Assembly: GCA_905178155.1 (NCBI GenBank)
Contig: CAJINV010000003.1
Span: 11,458,733 to 11,522,732, forward strand
Reading direction: 5' to 3'
Origin: Amoebophrya sp. A120
Lineage: Eukaryota; Protista; Dinoflagellata
DNA: 64,000 bases
A program made the translations under genes and the position numbers. Below are positions 52,201-64,000 of this stretch, in pieces (within the stretch, counting starts at the first letter, position 1; every line of letters begins with the position of its first letter). The notes below the pieces were generated by a model that saw only the letters and a list, made by a program, of their open reading frames with translations, did no database searches and was not told where the DNA came from.

Positions 52201-53008
52201 GTTCTTCATCTTCCTCCAGACCGCAGGATTCTGGTCGAAGGGAAGAACAATCTTGTTCATCATCTTCACCATCTCCATCCTCTACTTCGTTCAAGAAAAA
52301 TTCCCCCGCATTTTCACACACGTCCAGAGCCCTCGAGGAGGAGTCTTGGGTAATATGAAGATCCCTTTCGAATTTCTTCAGTTGTCCAGGTCCACGAGCA
52401 CCACGACTCCTGGAAACGTCATTCCCAGGAACTCCCATGATCGTGGTCTTTCTTTCTTCGGTCGGCGATTCCGCTGGCTCGTGTCCTTTTTCCGCAGAGA
52501 AGCCAGGGCGGGAAGCATCGAATTGATTTTGCTCATCCTCCTCGTCAATTTCTACCATGTCTTCGAAAAACGACACGGCGCTCGCGTTTTCAGCAATCGT
52601 TCTCTCCAGTTCGAGATCCAGTGCGTCCTTGGCTTCGTCGACGTGCTCGCCGTCGACGTTTTCTCTACCTTCAACAGAAGCAGAACTTGATTTATTGGAC
52701 GACCTCTGTGTCGTTCTTGTACCTTCACGCTGAAGATTGTTCTTGTCCAGCGCGAGAGCAGTGCTCTGCGGGTCCTCTTTTTCCTTGTCTACTGCTCTGG
52801 CACTTCTCTCTTCGTCTGCCAATTCTTTTAACCTCTTCTCCGCAAGAAGCTGAAGATGGCCCTTCGCGGCGTCGGTATTACTAGTTGCACTTTTCATCAT
52901 CTCATCCCTGCCCTCGTCCGCGGCAGGGAGAAAACCGGATGAAGCAGAGCCACTACCAGTCGTATCCACGGTAAATTTTCCGCACACGGACAAATCCAAA
53001 TGCTCCAC
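49240..53008 (-). CDS. DUF2431 / Bmt5-like rRNA (uridine-N3) methyltransferase-domain protein, multi-exon; ends approximate
   Basis: ILLVGEANFTFA...ITAT; VIWNF-PHTG and NQAALFDVF after introner removal; VHITLKTTELYKQWRLEDLA; F-QEFGYQH. Confidence 0.75.
49432..49683. mobile_element. Introner family A (252 bp)
   Basis: TIR TATCAAATGTAAAAATGTCTGGGTCTGG / CCAGACCCAGACATTTTTACAGTTGATA; TSD GGAAC/GAAAC. Confidence 0.93.
50034..50338. mobile_element. Introner family E (305 bp) splitting the NFPH motif
   Basis: TIR TATGAGAGTTGACAACT / AGTTGTCCACTATCATA; TSD GAAAA; removal restores WNFPHTG. Confidence 0.9.
51756..52100. mobile_element. Introner family D (345 bp)
   Basis: TIR TATCAAAGTGAAAAAAGCCCCCTCGTCCCCATATC / GATATGGGGAGGGGAGATTTTTCCTCACAATA; TSD GCGTG; removal gives EERKHA-LFESRY. 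Confidence 0.9.
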
Positions 53009-53383
53009 TCAGTTGCGCATGACAAAACTCTTCTCCAACCTGTTTCAGCATCACGAGTAGTCCAACAAGTTTCTTGACGTTGCCAAAACTTCTGTATGCA
53101 TATTCCATGGATCGGAAAAGCCCCCCCCTCTTCACCGGAAAATTTTTCTGCAAAACACTGGGAGGCGAAAACGGCAAAACTTCACATTAGCACCTACACA
53201 ATTTGGCGCTCTCTGCTTCATAAATGCCCCATACAAATGAAATGCTGCGCGGTCGACAGAGGTGAAAGGCTGCGCGGGCCATGATCTCCTACCAATACCA
53301 CTACGACTCATATACAATAACAATAATACAAAGCGGACAATTCCTGTGCCTACGCACTACATGCACACTCTTAAAAATGCCCC

Positions 53384-54609
53384 CACTTTTTGAGAAATCT
53401 CACTTTTGGGCGCCAAAAGTGAGATTCTGGAAAAAGTGAGACTTCAGTGAAATCTCACCCGTTTCCCAGTGCCGCGCTGGGAAATGGGTGAGATTTCACT
53501 GAAATCTCACTTTTTGGGAAATCTCACTTTTGGGCGCCCAGAAGTGAGACTCTGGAAAAAGTGAGATTTCACTGAAATCTCACTTTTCGAGAGATCTCAC
53601 TTTTGGGCGCCCAAAAGTGAGATTCTGGAAAAAGTGAGATTTCACTGAAATCTCACGTGTTTCCCAGTGCCGCACTGGGAAATGGGTGAGATTTCACTGA
53701 AATCTCACTTTTTGAGAAATCTCACTTTCGGGCCCAAAAGTGAGATTCTGGAAAAAGTGAGATTTCAGTGAAATCTCACTTTTTGAGAAATCTCACTTTT
53801 GGGCGCCCAAAAGTGAGACTCTGGAAAAAGTGAGATTTCACTGAAATCACACCCGTTTCCCAGTGCCGCACTGGGTAATGGGTGAGATTTCACTGAAATC
53901 TCACTTTTTGAGAAATCTCACTTTCGAGCCCAAAAGTGAGATTCTGGAAAAAGTGATACTGGGCTCCAGTGCCGCACTGGAGCCCAGTACCGCACTGGGA
54001 AATGGGTGAGATTTCACTGAAATCTCACTTTTTGAGAAATCTCACTTTTGGGCGCCCAAAAGTGAGACTCTGGAAAAAGTGAGATTTCACTGAAATCTCA
54101 CGTGTTTCCCAGTGTGGGACTGGGCTCCAGTGCCCCACTGGAGCCCAGTACCGCACTGGGAAATGGGTGAGATTTCACTGAAATCTCACTTTTTGAGAAA
54201 TCTCACCTTTGGGCGCCCAAAAGTGAGACTCTGGAAAAAGTGAGATTTCAGTGAAATCTCACCCGTTTCCCAGTACCGCACTGGGAAATGGGTGAGATTT
54301 CACTGAAATCTCACTTTTCGAGAAATCTCACTTTTGGGCGCCCAAAAGTGAGATTCTGGAAAAAGTGAGATTTCACTGAAATCTCACCCCTTTCCCAGTA
54401 CCGCACTGGGAAATGGGTGAGATTTCACTGAAGTCTCACTTTTTGAGAAATTTCACTTTTTGGCGCCCAAAAGTGAGACTCTGGAAAAAGTGAGATTTCA
54501 CTGAAATCTCACTTTTTGAGAAATCTCACTTTTGGGCGCCCAAAAGTGAGATTCTGGAAAAAGTGAGATTTCACTGAAATATCACTTCTTTGTCTTTCCC
54601 AGTACCGCA
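53384..54609. repeat. Palindrome-built tandem array (~1.2 kb)
   Basis: Reiterated AAAAGTGAGATTTCA(C/G)TGAAATCTCACTTTT, TCTCACTTTTGGGCGCCCAAAAGTGAGA and TTTCCCAGT(G/A)CCGCACTGGGAAA modules. Confidence 0.95.
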
Positions 54610-54756
54610 GTGCTGCGGCGTAGCGATTGCCCGGCGATCATGTGGAGGCGTCGGTGGACGCGCTCAGGTGCCCGGAAACGAAAATCATTCCCCAGTGAAA
54701 TCAACCAAAATTTTCCGGTGAGCTATTCTATTGGGAGGTTCCGAGCCATGGCATAT

Positions 54757-55698
54757 TCATTTTCTTATTCTTGTACGTGTACGGGGGGAATGGTCAATTT
54801 GTATGGCGTAGGAGCGCTCCTCTCCTCCCCGCCTGCCGTCATCCACGGAGCCGTCCATTTCGTTGTTGTCCAACATCGCATCCCAGTTGCGATTTACCCG
54901 GGGCAGGCAGAAGAAAGCCTCCATGTCCCGCACAAACGTAACTGCCTCTTCTTCCGTCCGCCCGATGAAGTTCTGCTCCAGTCGCAAGACCAACGGAGGC
55001 ATGTTTTTCGGCAAGTTTTGGTACGCCGCCGCGCTGTCCGCGAGGCACTCAAAGATCGCGGCGCACCCATCGGGTGTGATGAAGTTGTTCGACAAGTTGA
55101 CCTCGCGGACCAACGGGAGCGGGGACAGAGAGAACGAAGAGAAATTGGAAGAGTTGTTACCTCGACAAAGTTGCGATGCTGTCGTCGAAGCACCTCCAGA
55201 CGGATTTTTGATAGTAAGTCCGGAAGATATTGAAGATGTTTTCATGCTTGCAGTCGCACTGATCGCGGCTTGCTCCCGCAGGTAAATCCCGACGAGGTTT
55301 GCACCGAAATCGCCGATCAAGTTGTTGTTCAGCGAAAGCTTGCCGCACCGAATCAGCTTCGCCCGCTGCTTCACGCCGTGCCCGATCCCCAGCCAGCGGC
55401 AGAGCGCCTGGACCCCTTGGTCGCCGATCTGGTTGTTCTCCAAATTTAGCTCCTCACAAACCAGGATCAACGGCCCCCCGCCACGGCTTGCGGCGGCAGG
55501 ACCTTTCTTGGCGTGCTTGGTCAGCCAGTCGAGCCAAACGGGGAGGTAGGTCTGCTCCAGGGAGTCACAGGAAAGGTTGCAGTTGGGGGCGGTGATGCTG
55601 AAGTGGAAGTATTGATCTGCTTCACGGCCAGCAAATGTCGTTCTCGTCTTTGCGGTCGTGCTGCCCCCTCCTCTTGCAGACTGAACGGGCGGTTGCAC
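54757..55698 (-). CDS. Leucine-rich-repeat (RI-like) protein; probably the last exon of a longer gene
   Basis: LNLENNQIGDQGVQAL, LSLNNNLIGDFGA, VNLSNNFITPDG, LRLEQNFIG. Confidence 0.75.
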   Translation of the reverse strand: MQPPVQSARGGGSTTAKTRTTFAGREADQYFHFSITAPNCNLSCDSLEQTYLPVWLDWLTKHAKKGPAAASRGGGPLILVCEELNLENNQIGDQGVQALCRWLGIGHGVKQRAKLIRCGKLSLNNNLIGDFGANLVGIYLREQAAISATASMKTSSISSGLTIKNPSGGASTTASQLCRGNNSSNFSSFSLSPLPLVREVNLSNNFITPDGCAAIFECLADSAAAYQNLPKNMPPLVLRLEQNFIGRTEEEAVTFVRDMEAFFCLPRVNRNWDAMLDNNEMDGSVDDGRRGGEERSYAIQIDHSPRTRTRIRK

Positions 55699-56100
55699 TT
55701 TGCGAATGCAGTCGGCTGCGCGGTGGGGTACAACCAGTTTTGTCGTAATGTGTTGAGCTCCTGCTGTCGTGCACAGCTGACTTGTGAAAAGCGGCTGCTG
55801 CTGAGCAGGAGGATTTTATCCAGCTGTGTAAAAACGCATCCACATCTTCACGCCCCGAGTTGTCATGCAAGTGGGTATTCCGAATCCCCAGACATCGTTT
55901 GTCAAAATTATGGGGCTTTCATCTCACAACATGCTGGAGCAGTCATTCTATTTTCCATTCAATGCTAACGCTTCAGGAAGATGAGCGAGCGACACAAGAA
56001 ACGTAATCGTAGTACTACGGGCATGATCATGCTAGCTGATCTAGTTACGACCATGTTCTTACTTGCAGCGTGCGTATAGATGCCCCAAATCACAATCTCC

Positions 56101-57897
56101 CTATACTTCCATATGAAAATTTCCATAATGCCACCCAGCACCTGCAGATGAACTGGTCTGGAGAAAAGATGGGGAAGGAGTTTTTACACCACATACTACA
56201 GCGGACTGCTGCTTCAGCGTGTCAACAGGATTTTGCCCCGGTTGCAGTCGCGGCACCGGAGAGGGTGCGGCAGTCGCTGCCGCCAGCGGCACGAGCAACT
56301 TCGACGGCTGGTGTTGGCCCGCAGAAGATGAAGTAGCCCGTTGCTGTTTCGTCGCGATGAGGTACTGCTCGCTCGGGGCCGCGGCTGCAGACCTCGCCGA
56401 AGCAGAAGGACAGTCTTTGTTGCGGTGGTTGGTGAATAGGTTTGTCGCGCCGGCCGTTGCGGTCCTACCCCACGACGTGCCCGGGTGCATATTTACGTTG
56501 CTGGCCCCGACACCCCCTGCGGCCCTTACGTTGGGAACACCAGTGATGCCGCCATTCGCCGTCGTCGTGCTATTTTGAGAATTTTGATATCCGAAGGCGC
56601 CGCTAGGGGTTGACGTTGAAGCAGCTGCTTGAAGACTTCTTACTGCAGAAGCCCCAGCTGCTCCCCCGTAGCCGCTTGATTTCAAACGCAGGTCGTCAAA
56701 CCTGACATGTGGTTGTCCAGCTCCAGGCATACAGCGAGATGTGGCCATAGCCGACTTGCTCTTGGCCATCGTCTGGACTGAAGTAGAAGCACCGGAATTC
56801 TTCCCCAACTCATTGAACAGGAACATCCCGAGCAAAAGTTGTACTATCGCACGCTTCCTTCTTCTAAAAGTCGTATCACATGACAGAACTCTTTTCAACT
56901 GATGTAAAAGTACGTAGAATTAGAAATAGAATCATATACAAGCGACCCAACAAATTGCATTAATTGCAAATGAACTCTCGATGTACTTTTTCATCAAATC
57001 CTGGCGCGCCTGCGCCTGCGTGTGCGATAGCGATTTTACACTTTTGCACTGCATAAGACACGACCCACTTTTACTGTTTGTATTACTGCCCGACAGTATC
57101 CTGTGCGAGATGGACGCCGCGGCCTTACTCACGGGCTGCGGCGACGCTTTGGTCACGGGCCTCGAGGATGAAACGGCGCCGCCGCAAGTCCCTGCTACAC
57201 TCGCTTTCGTCGTTTGTTCGGCGCTGTTGTCCACCTCGCAGGAGCTGCTGCTCTTTTCCTTTGCATAGGTCAGCTTTTGCAGGTAATTTTGCTGCCGGGC
57301 CTTGGCCGGCGCTGCCGCTTTGGACGTAGCCACGTTGGGGGCGAGGGCTTTTGTGGAGTCGAAAATTGACACTTTCGAGGTCGTGGCCGCCGTGTCGTTC
57401 TTTCCATTTTTCTCACTAGTTTTTGCTTTTGCCGCTGCGGCTACGGCAATGCTGGCGAGGCTGTCGATCGTTGTATGTTGTGCGGAGGACGTATTGTTTT
57501 CCTTATCCTGCGCGGCCGCGTCTGTAGTTGCCAACATATCCTCGTAGTTAAAATTGTTGTACAAATCAGTCGCGTACGCGACACTGCCCATAGCACTCGC
57601 AACTTGACCGCACAGTTTGCGTGATAAACATGTTTGCGTGATAAACATTCCATTGCTTCTTACCAAGGGCTCCTTCGGCTTCGTTGACGTTGGCGCCTGG
57701 CGTGCCTGCGCGGCAGCAATGTCAGGAACCAAATGGTCGTCGGATCTCGAGCCTCCTGCTGGATCCCTGTCGTGGTAGGATGAAAAAAACCCGATATCCT
57801 CCGCCATTTTCGACGAGGACGAAGCGGGCGCAACCAGATTGGTGTTGTTCGTCCCCCCGGCTGCAGAAACCTGCCTCTCGTCGGAGGGTGTTTTCAC
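56101..57897 (-). CDS. Ala/Ser-rich low-complexity exons, possibly upstream exons of the LRR gene
   Basis: ORFs 56932-57897 and 56101-56898 are collinear with the LRR ORF. Confidence 0.4.
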
Positions 57898-60023
57898 GAT
57901 GATCTGCCCTGTTCTGCTGTCGTACCGAATGTTCTCAATCGACGCGACGGGGGTGGCGTCGAGAGTGTTATACTATCGTAAGAAAAAACTGCTTCAGTGT
58001 AAACTTGTGACGCAGAGTGAGGATGCCACACACAAGTGCTTGTCTTGCTACACACGCTTACAAGGCAATGGATCTGCAGGCAATTTTTCCCTAGGGGAAC
58101 TCGCATGGAAAACTTTTTTCGATCGGCGTGAAGACCTAAATCGTGTTGATTCAAACTTGGAAGAGCTTTTTTCGTACGATATGCCAAAGTCTTCGTCTAC
58201 TCCCGCAGGCAGCATAGGTTCGTTCGGGCTCGCGGGCGTGTAGGAGGAATTCAGACCCTCGGTTGCGGTCGGAGGCGCCGGAAAGGGAAAAGAGGTTCAA
58301 CATATACCAAGCTTGTAACAAAAGAGTTGCGAAATCAATCTATCATGAAAAGCCAAAAGCCAAGCCAAGCGCACTACTTTTCCCTACGAACCTCTGTCCT
58401 GTCGTCAGCGCGGCTCTTCGCTTTCCGATACAGACTCAGAAAGTAATACTATTGTGAAATACTAACACTAAGCGTGGACAAGAAGAGGGCATTCTTATTC
58501 TAGTAGAAAACTTAATCTATCTTGCTTCATCTTCTACCTAGCACTACAAATACAGTGATGTAGAAATATTCCGATGAGGTAATTTGTCATTGAAGATGAC
58601 GCGACTGTGCCTCTTACTTGCGTGCTCCTTTTCAGCTGGGTAAGTGGCGTAGTCATTCCTGACAGGCAAGTTACTTAGATTCGTTTTGAGAAAGCCTGCG
58701 ATCGAATTGCATGCAGCCTTGCAATTTGGACTTTCACGATGAAGAACAGAGATGAGAAACATTGTCAATGATCCGGCACTACACCTGGGTCTGAATACAC
58801 CTTCTTTCAGGATCGATCGTTAATATCTGTATCTGTGGGAAAAAGTAAAAGTCGAAAGGTTATCATGTAAAAATCGCGGCTCTGTTCTTGTACCGCAGAG
58901 AGATTTTGCTTCGTTCTCCTGCGTTGTTGCGCCTGTACTTCTCGTAGACCATAGATGCGCAGCGTCGAATGCAGATCACGACCTATAACTAGATCAGACT
59001 GTACATAGCTGCGGCACTGATGTGATCCTGAAAACAGCACTACCGCGATAAATATAGTTTCTTGGATCTAAAGGGCGCTTTTTTTCTCCTGTCTTGTGAA
59101 AGATGGCCTACTTCGTGGTCTTCGCAACAAAAGGCAAAACTCTCTACTACAGTCTTTCGCAGAAATAAGGGAGTGCGTGGGATGGGAAGATACGGCTTTG
59201 GTCAATAATGCTATGTTGGGTAAACAAATCACTGATTCAATGTTGTGGGTCATTAAAATGCTAGATATATAATGATAAAAAATTGAGAAAAAAAGGTGAT
59301 GAGAAAACGGAACCATGCGAGTATGAAATTATAAGAGAAAACATTTAAAATAGGACAAAAGTACATTCAACAGAAAAAAAAGTTCAAGTCGGGTTATCGA
59401 AAAGAAGTCGTCCAGAAACAATCTTTCGAAAACGCAGAATACGTCATGATCCAAATTTCCTGCTTATTACAAATTTGGATTTTGTGTTTTATCATGATGC
59501 TAGTGTAGAAGTACATATCATCATGATATTTTTATTTTCTCCACCAATTGACCTGTCGAATACTTTCAACAGGTCACCACACTAGCGCCGGAAGCTCCGC
59601 GCCTCGCTTCTTTGTCTTTCAGTCATGTCTGAGCAGCGGGTCCATCTCGCTTTCGGAAGGACACGTGCTGCCTTCGGAAGGACAAGTAGCCCGCCAAGTG
59701 AGCCGCGAGGCCTATGGAAGTGGAAAATGAAAAATCATTTTCTGTGCACTAGCATCCACACGACCCAGAACCCGACACAGTAGAGTCAGTAGTTTGAGTT
59801 TTATGTAGAAGTAGTAAATCCACAACCAGCAGCAGGACAGAAACTCCGCAGCAAAATGATCGGCCAATGATGTGCAGCAGAATACTGCCTACTTCGTGTC
59901 GTGGCCATTCATTCATTGCAAGCTTTGTATTTGATGAAAAGGCTTGCACGATTACACTTGCACTTCGGCTACTTACTTGCTACTGCAGAATGTACTACTC
60001 GTTTCTCTACTTGTAGATGCAGA

Positions 60024-61511
60024 TCAGTTCCACTTTGATTGATTCACTTTTCCACTGCATACAGTGCTCTTCGCCTCATGATTTGCAGCCGGTTTGATGG
60101 ATGTAGAAGTTGGTTGGCGGCCGATCAGGCTCTCGCTGGTGACATCAGCAGCACTGGGGAACGACCCCCCTGATGTACCGCCGGTGGAGGACCCGTGGTC
60201 CGCGAGAGTGCTGCAGTCGTTCTTGTCAGATGACTCTTGAACAACATCAGCATGATGATCTTCCATGTCAATTGCAATCTCCAAGCCCTCGCCCTGGTCC
60301 TCCGCTTCGTCACCGGATGAGAACAGATGCGGAACAGCTTCAAAGGGCTCCCTTTCTTCAGCATTTACAGCAGGAGCAAGATGAGGATCAGCTTGTTCGG
60401 GTGGAAACAACGAGAGATGATGATGAGCTGCCATGATCGTGTGCTTTGACCCCCGCTCCGCTTGTTCCGACAGTTCGTCTTCCGTCAAGGAGTCCGACTC
60501 GCCAGGATCTTCGACCACCAGCACCTGCTGCAAGAAGACAGCGTCAGCATTGTCGCAAGTTTCTTGCGCTTTGTTGAACTGGACAGAAGATCCACTCAGC
60601 TTGCATTTGATTCCAAGCAAAAACGACAAAGTTGTCTCCTCTACTTCGCAGTAGCGCGCATCTTCGTCCTCGTCGTCGTGTTTCGAGTAGTCGTGTTCAA
60701 GAATATTTTTACAACAATCTCGCTCACTACGCTCAGCTTTTGAAGTCAACACCTCCTTCTGCCCCCGGCCCGCAAGAGAGGTACTGTTGAACCGGCCACC
60801 GCCCCGGAAGACGCTAGAACAGCGACGAGAGATCCCCAGGTAGTATAGCCCGACCCAGAGCAGCATGGCGAACACCCCGCCCGCCATCGTACCCAGCAAA
60901 AGCGTGGTTTCGTGGGCGCGGGCAAAGTGCTGAAGTTCGTGCAGGTGCTTGAGCATGGGTGCTGTGCTTGGCCAGGTTTGCGCGCTTGGTCCGGCAGCTG
61001 TGGGAGCAGAACCGAGGAGGGCGGAAAGCCTGGCCTCTTCCTCGCCGGCGGAGCGCGTTTTTGTCGAACCCGTGATCTTCCGCGGGCTCGTAGATGCACT
61101 ACCTTGTGCAGAGGTCGTGGGTCTTTTTGTAGTCCTGCTCCTGGAGGTGCCAACATCATGTCGTGGCCCTGCTTCCTCGTCTTCTCCTCGAGCAGTATCT
61201 TTCATTTTCTTCGGCCGTGCTTCCTGCCCAACGGGCGAGAGAACATCCGAAACACCAAGCCGAGAGAACCGGAGCGGAACCCGGTCGTGGGGGTGCTCGA
61301 GCTCGTGTTCGTGACGTTCTCCTTCTACAACACTGGGAAGAGCGTCGCTGTCCACAAAATTCCGGTCCGTCGCCTTCATCTCTAGGACTTCTGCACTGTC
61401 GCCGCCCGCTGAGAGCTGCCCTCCTGTAGTACCACTGGTCAGGCTGGGATCGCCAGGATTCTCGTATGACCGTGCAAAACTGAGTCGTCCCGCCCCGCAT
61501 TTGCCATGCAA
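60024..61511 (-). CDS. Unknown single-pass membrane protein
   Basis: 495-aa ORF with TM segment LLLGTMAGGVFAMLLWVGLYYLGI. Confidence 0.5.
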   Translation of the reverse strand: MHGKCGAGRLSFARSYENPGDPSLTSGTTGGQLSAGGDSAEVLEMKATDRNFVDSDALPSVVEGERHEHELEHPHDRVPLRFSRLGVSDVLSPVGQEARPKKMKDTARGEDEEAGPRHDVGTSRSRTTKRPTTSAQGSASTSPRKITGSTKTRSAGEEEARLSALLGSAPTAAGPSAQTWPSTAPMLKHLHELQHFARAHETTLLLGTMAGGVFAMLLWVGLYYLGISRRCSSVFRGGGRFNSTSLAGRGQKEVLTSKAERSERDCCKNILEHDYSKHDDEDEDARYCEVEETTLSFLLGIKCKLSGSSVQFNKAQETCDNADAVFLQQVLVVEDPGESDSLTEDELSEQAERGSKHTIMAAHHHLSLFPPEQADPHLAPAVNAEEREPFEAVPHLFSSGDEAEDQGEGLEIAIDMEDHHADVVQESSDKNDCSTLADHGSSTGGTSGGSFPSAADVTSESLIGRQPTSTSIKPAANHEAKSTVCSGKVNQSKWN

Positions 61512-62015
61512 AAACGCAACTGCACACTTTGCCTGTGCTTAGGCTAGAACTTTTAAGAACACTACAACATTGCCTCGCACGTCGCAACACTTCAGACAAG
61601 CAAATATGAGATCCGTGTGGTGGTGGATCTGCCAGGTGTATTGGCATTTTGCGGACGACGCCACACTTAATATGATAAAACAGTGCTTCGGTTGGTGGTG
61701 CTGCCTTCTTGTTCAAACTGCGGAGCGGGAGGAAGAATTGTGCACTCTCATACCAGGCTGTGCACGTTTTTCCCTAGCGCCTCCTCGAATTCCTTCAAAA
61801 CTTGCTGCTCGGCTAAAATATGTTCCTCAACCTCGTCTCGCTTGTCAACAGCGTTTTCTTCTTGCCCGCCCCGCTCTTGAAGCAGGTGGGGGCCACCGTC
61901 CATGTTCTTCATCGGGACAAAACTTGTGATTTTATCTTTTGGGGTTCAGACGAAACGGAAAAAGCTATGAAATGAATGAAGCGTCGAAGTTTTTGTAAAC
62001 GACGGTAAAGGTGTA

Positions 62016-62530
62016 GACCAGGGCCCCAGTCGTGTCTCAGAATCTGGCGTCCCGGAATCTGGTGCGCCGGCGTCTGGATCTGGAAGAGTTGGGGCGTCGC
62101 TCTACGTACAAAAAAAGCACAGCTCGACTTTCATAGTGACAATTTGAGATGTCTCTCGTTAGCACTTTGAGCTGCATCCCTGTCCACTCAAGAAGTGCTT
62201 TTGCTGGGAAACATTTCGAATACAAACGGCGCCCGTCGGTCGTGGCGTCTGACTGTGCTTCTTTATTTTTCATTTCATGACTCGGCGGCAGCTGTCGCTA
62301 CTTGGCGTACCTCCTGGCCCGATGCTAGGACCTACATGTCATGACATGCGTACTTGGTGGCCCAGATACGCTGGTAGACAGCTCCGGTTCCGGCCGCGCC
62401 TCGCCGTGTACCAGATTCCGGGACGCCGTTCAGTCCGTAGGGGCCCCAGTCCGTAGGGGCCCTGGTCCTGGGGGCCCTGGTCCTGGGGGCCCTGGTCCTG
62501 GGGGCCCTGGTCTGAGCAGGGGCCCTGGTC
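62016..62530. mobile_element. TA-flanked MITE / fold-back element
   Basis: Perfect inverted repeat GTAGACCAGGGCCCC (62013-62027 / 62519-62533, including TA flanks); inner 18-bp IR 62046-62063 / 62410-62427; 15-bp tandem copies of the TIR at 62456-62531. Confidence 0.7.
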
Positions 62531-63004
62531 TACCCGGATACCGTAAACGACATCAAAATGACATCGGGGATGACGTCGTGAAATAAGATCGCAAGAGTGT
62601 TTATTGATGTTTAGTCGTTGTTTTCAAAATTTGCGTTTGTGTGGTGGTAGGTTTCAGGTTTCGGTTTGCTTTGACTCCGAATCCAAAATGGAAGGAAATC
62701 TTCACGTCAGGAAAGTTCGTACGCCATAATCTTTCCTGCTCATGCTTTAGATTCGCACATGGATTAATGGCTGCCTAAATGCTGTGACAGTGACACGTAT
62801 GCGCCCGAAACAAAAGAGCTAACAATTACATGCGTCTTCATCTCATGTTGACGAAACGAGGTTTTTTTGAACGACATGCTACACCGACTAATTAAACAAG
62901 CAGCTTTCTTTTCTCATTATGTCTGTGCTACGGAAAAAATGTTTCCATCAACCACGACATTGTACTTTTTCGGACGAACAAATAAATGCACACCATTCCA
63001 GGTA

Positions 63005-63066
63005 GTTGCACGACTACCGACGTCAGGTTGTACGACTACCGACGTCAGGTTGTACGACTACCGACG
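63005..63066. repeat. 22-bp tandem repeat (~2.7 copies)
   Basis: CGACTACCGACGTCAGGTTGTA repeated. Confidence 0.8.
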
Positions 63067-63755
63067 ACCAGCGGTGCACGAACAGAAAGGCAAGGTAAAG
63101 CTAATAGACCGAAGCCAAGCAAACCACTTCACGCTCAACAAATTAAGATTAACCGACGGAGACCACAAAAACCGAAAGGCGAAGACGGGATATCGATAAT
63201 CGGCCTCGTCGGGCAAACCGAAAATCATATTCATACATAGATAAAGTACGCGTACAACCAAAAGCTGCCAGCACGAGCCTGCCGAAAAGCATTTATACTA
63301 TAGGTATAGATAGCTCCACTTTTATGCTATAAAATCAATGCTTCAAACACCGAGGGTGTCACCGAGCAGAGCTCTGGAGTACAAATCAAAATGAATTTCA
63401 ATTTTTAGAAAAACAAAAAGATACAAGATAAAGACGAACAGCAAGAGAGGGGAAACCTAAATCTTCTTGACAGCTCAGCTCTACTTCTATATCTTCGACT
63501 TCGTCGGAAGAAGTTGTGGCGCTACTGTGCATATGCTTTCGCTAGCGCTACAGCTGTAGTCCGATTTACTAGGTCGCTTGTCGCAAGCAGTGTTGAAAGT
63601 AGGGCAGCGCAACAATACCCCTCGTGTCGTGGAAGAGAAACTGATAGAATTCGATTCTCGCGATCAGCAATTTCATCTCCAGGAGTGTTGATCTAGAACT
63701 AGAACAAGAGGAGAGCAGCTGCAAATCGAAACATGCGTTTCTTATTCTTTCGCAT

Positions 63756-64000
63756 TCACTTCTCGTCTCCATGCCTCCCACTCGACGGCTCCGCGGTGGA
63801 ATCTTCGGCATCCGACAAAGAAACCACCTTTACGTGTAAATGATGGTCTTTGGTCTCGTGGTTCTCCCCACAGACCCGACACTTCGGTTCGTTTAGACAC
63901 TCTCGGTAGCTATGCCCAAACTCCAAACAGCGGAAACACTGGTTCTTTTTGCTATGCAGCTTTTTCAACTTGTGATCCGCCTGTTGGATGTCGACGTCAA
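63756..64000 (-). mobile_element. Retrotransposon gag/ORF1-like zinc-knuckle C-terminus (truncated by window edge)
   Basis: CFRCLEFGHSYREC (CX2CX4HX4C) followed by CRVCGENHETKDH, the arrangement typical of non-LTR ORF1 proteins. Confidence 0.6.

Noticed and set aside
52963-53155. Possible additional introner (TATCC start, AAATTTTCCG/CGGAAAATTT IR, GCATGAC motif)
   Set aside because: No ATA right end and no matching TSD.
53384-54609. CRISPR array
   Set aside because: No unique spacers, no cas genes, eukaryotic context; it is a palindromic satellite.

Overview
Eukaryotic, intron-containing DNA. Essentially every recognisable gene lies on the minus strand, in a unidirectional cluster of dinoflagellate type. 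Together with the unusual introns, this best fits the parasitic Syndiniales Amoebophrya (inference). Recognisable genes: a NAK-family kinase, DNA topoisomerase II, a MyTH4-FERM myosin, proteasome subunit beta1, an EF-hand/CAP protein, a DUF2431/Bmt5-like methyltransferase, an LRR protein, a C2/PRT_C-like membrane protein and a retroelement gag-like zinc-knuckle ORF. The dominant hidden structure is a set of at least 14 MITE-like insertions (140-345 bp, one expanded to 1055 bp). They fall into about 6 families, end in TAT...ATA terminal inverted repeats and have 5-bp target-site duplications. All sit inside coding exons, often in conserved motifs. Removing the element plus one TSD copy restores each reading frame, yet no such register gives GT-AG or GC-AG, so they behave as non-canonical transposon-derived introns (introners). 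One introner carries a nested ~790-bp insert with four stem-loops that share an 8-nt loop resembling the U1A-binding loop. Also present: a 1.2-kb array built entirely of palindromes and a TA-flanked fold-back MITE.
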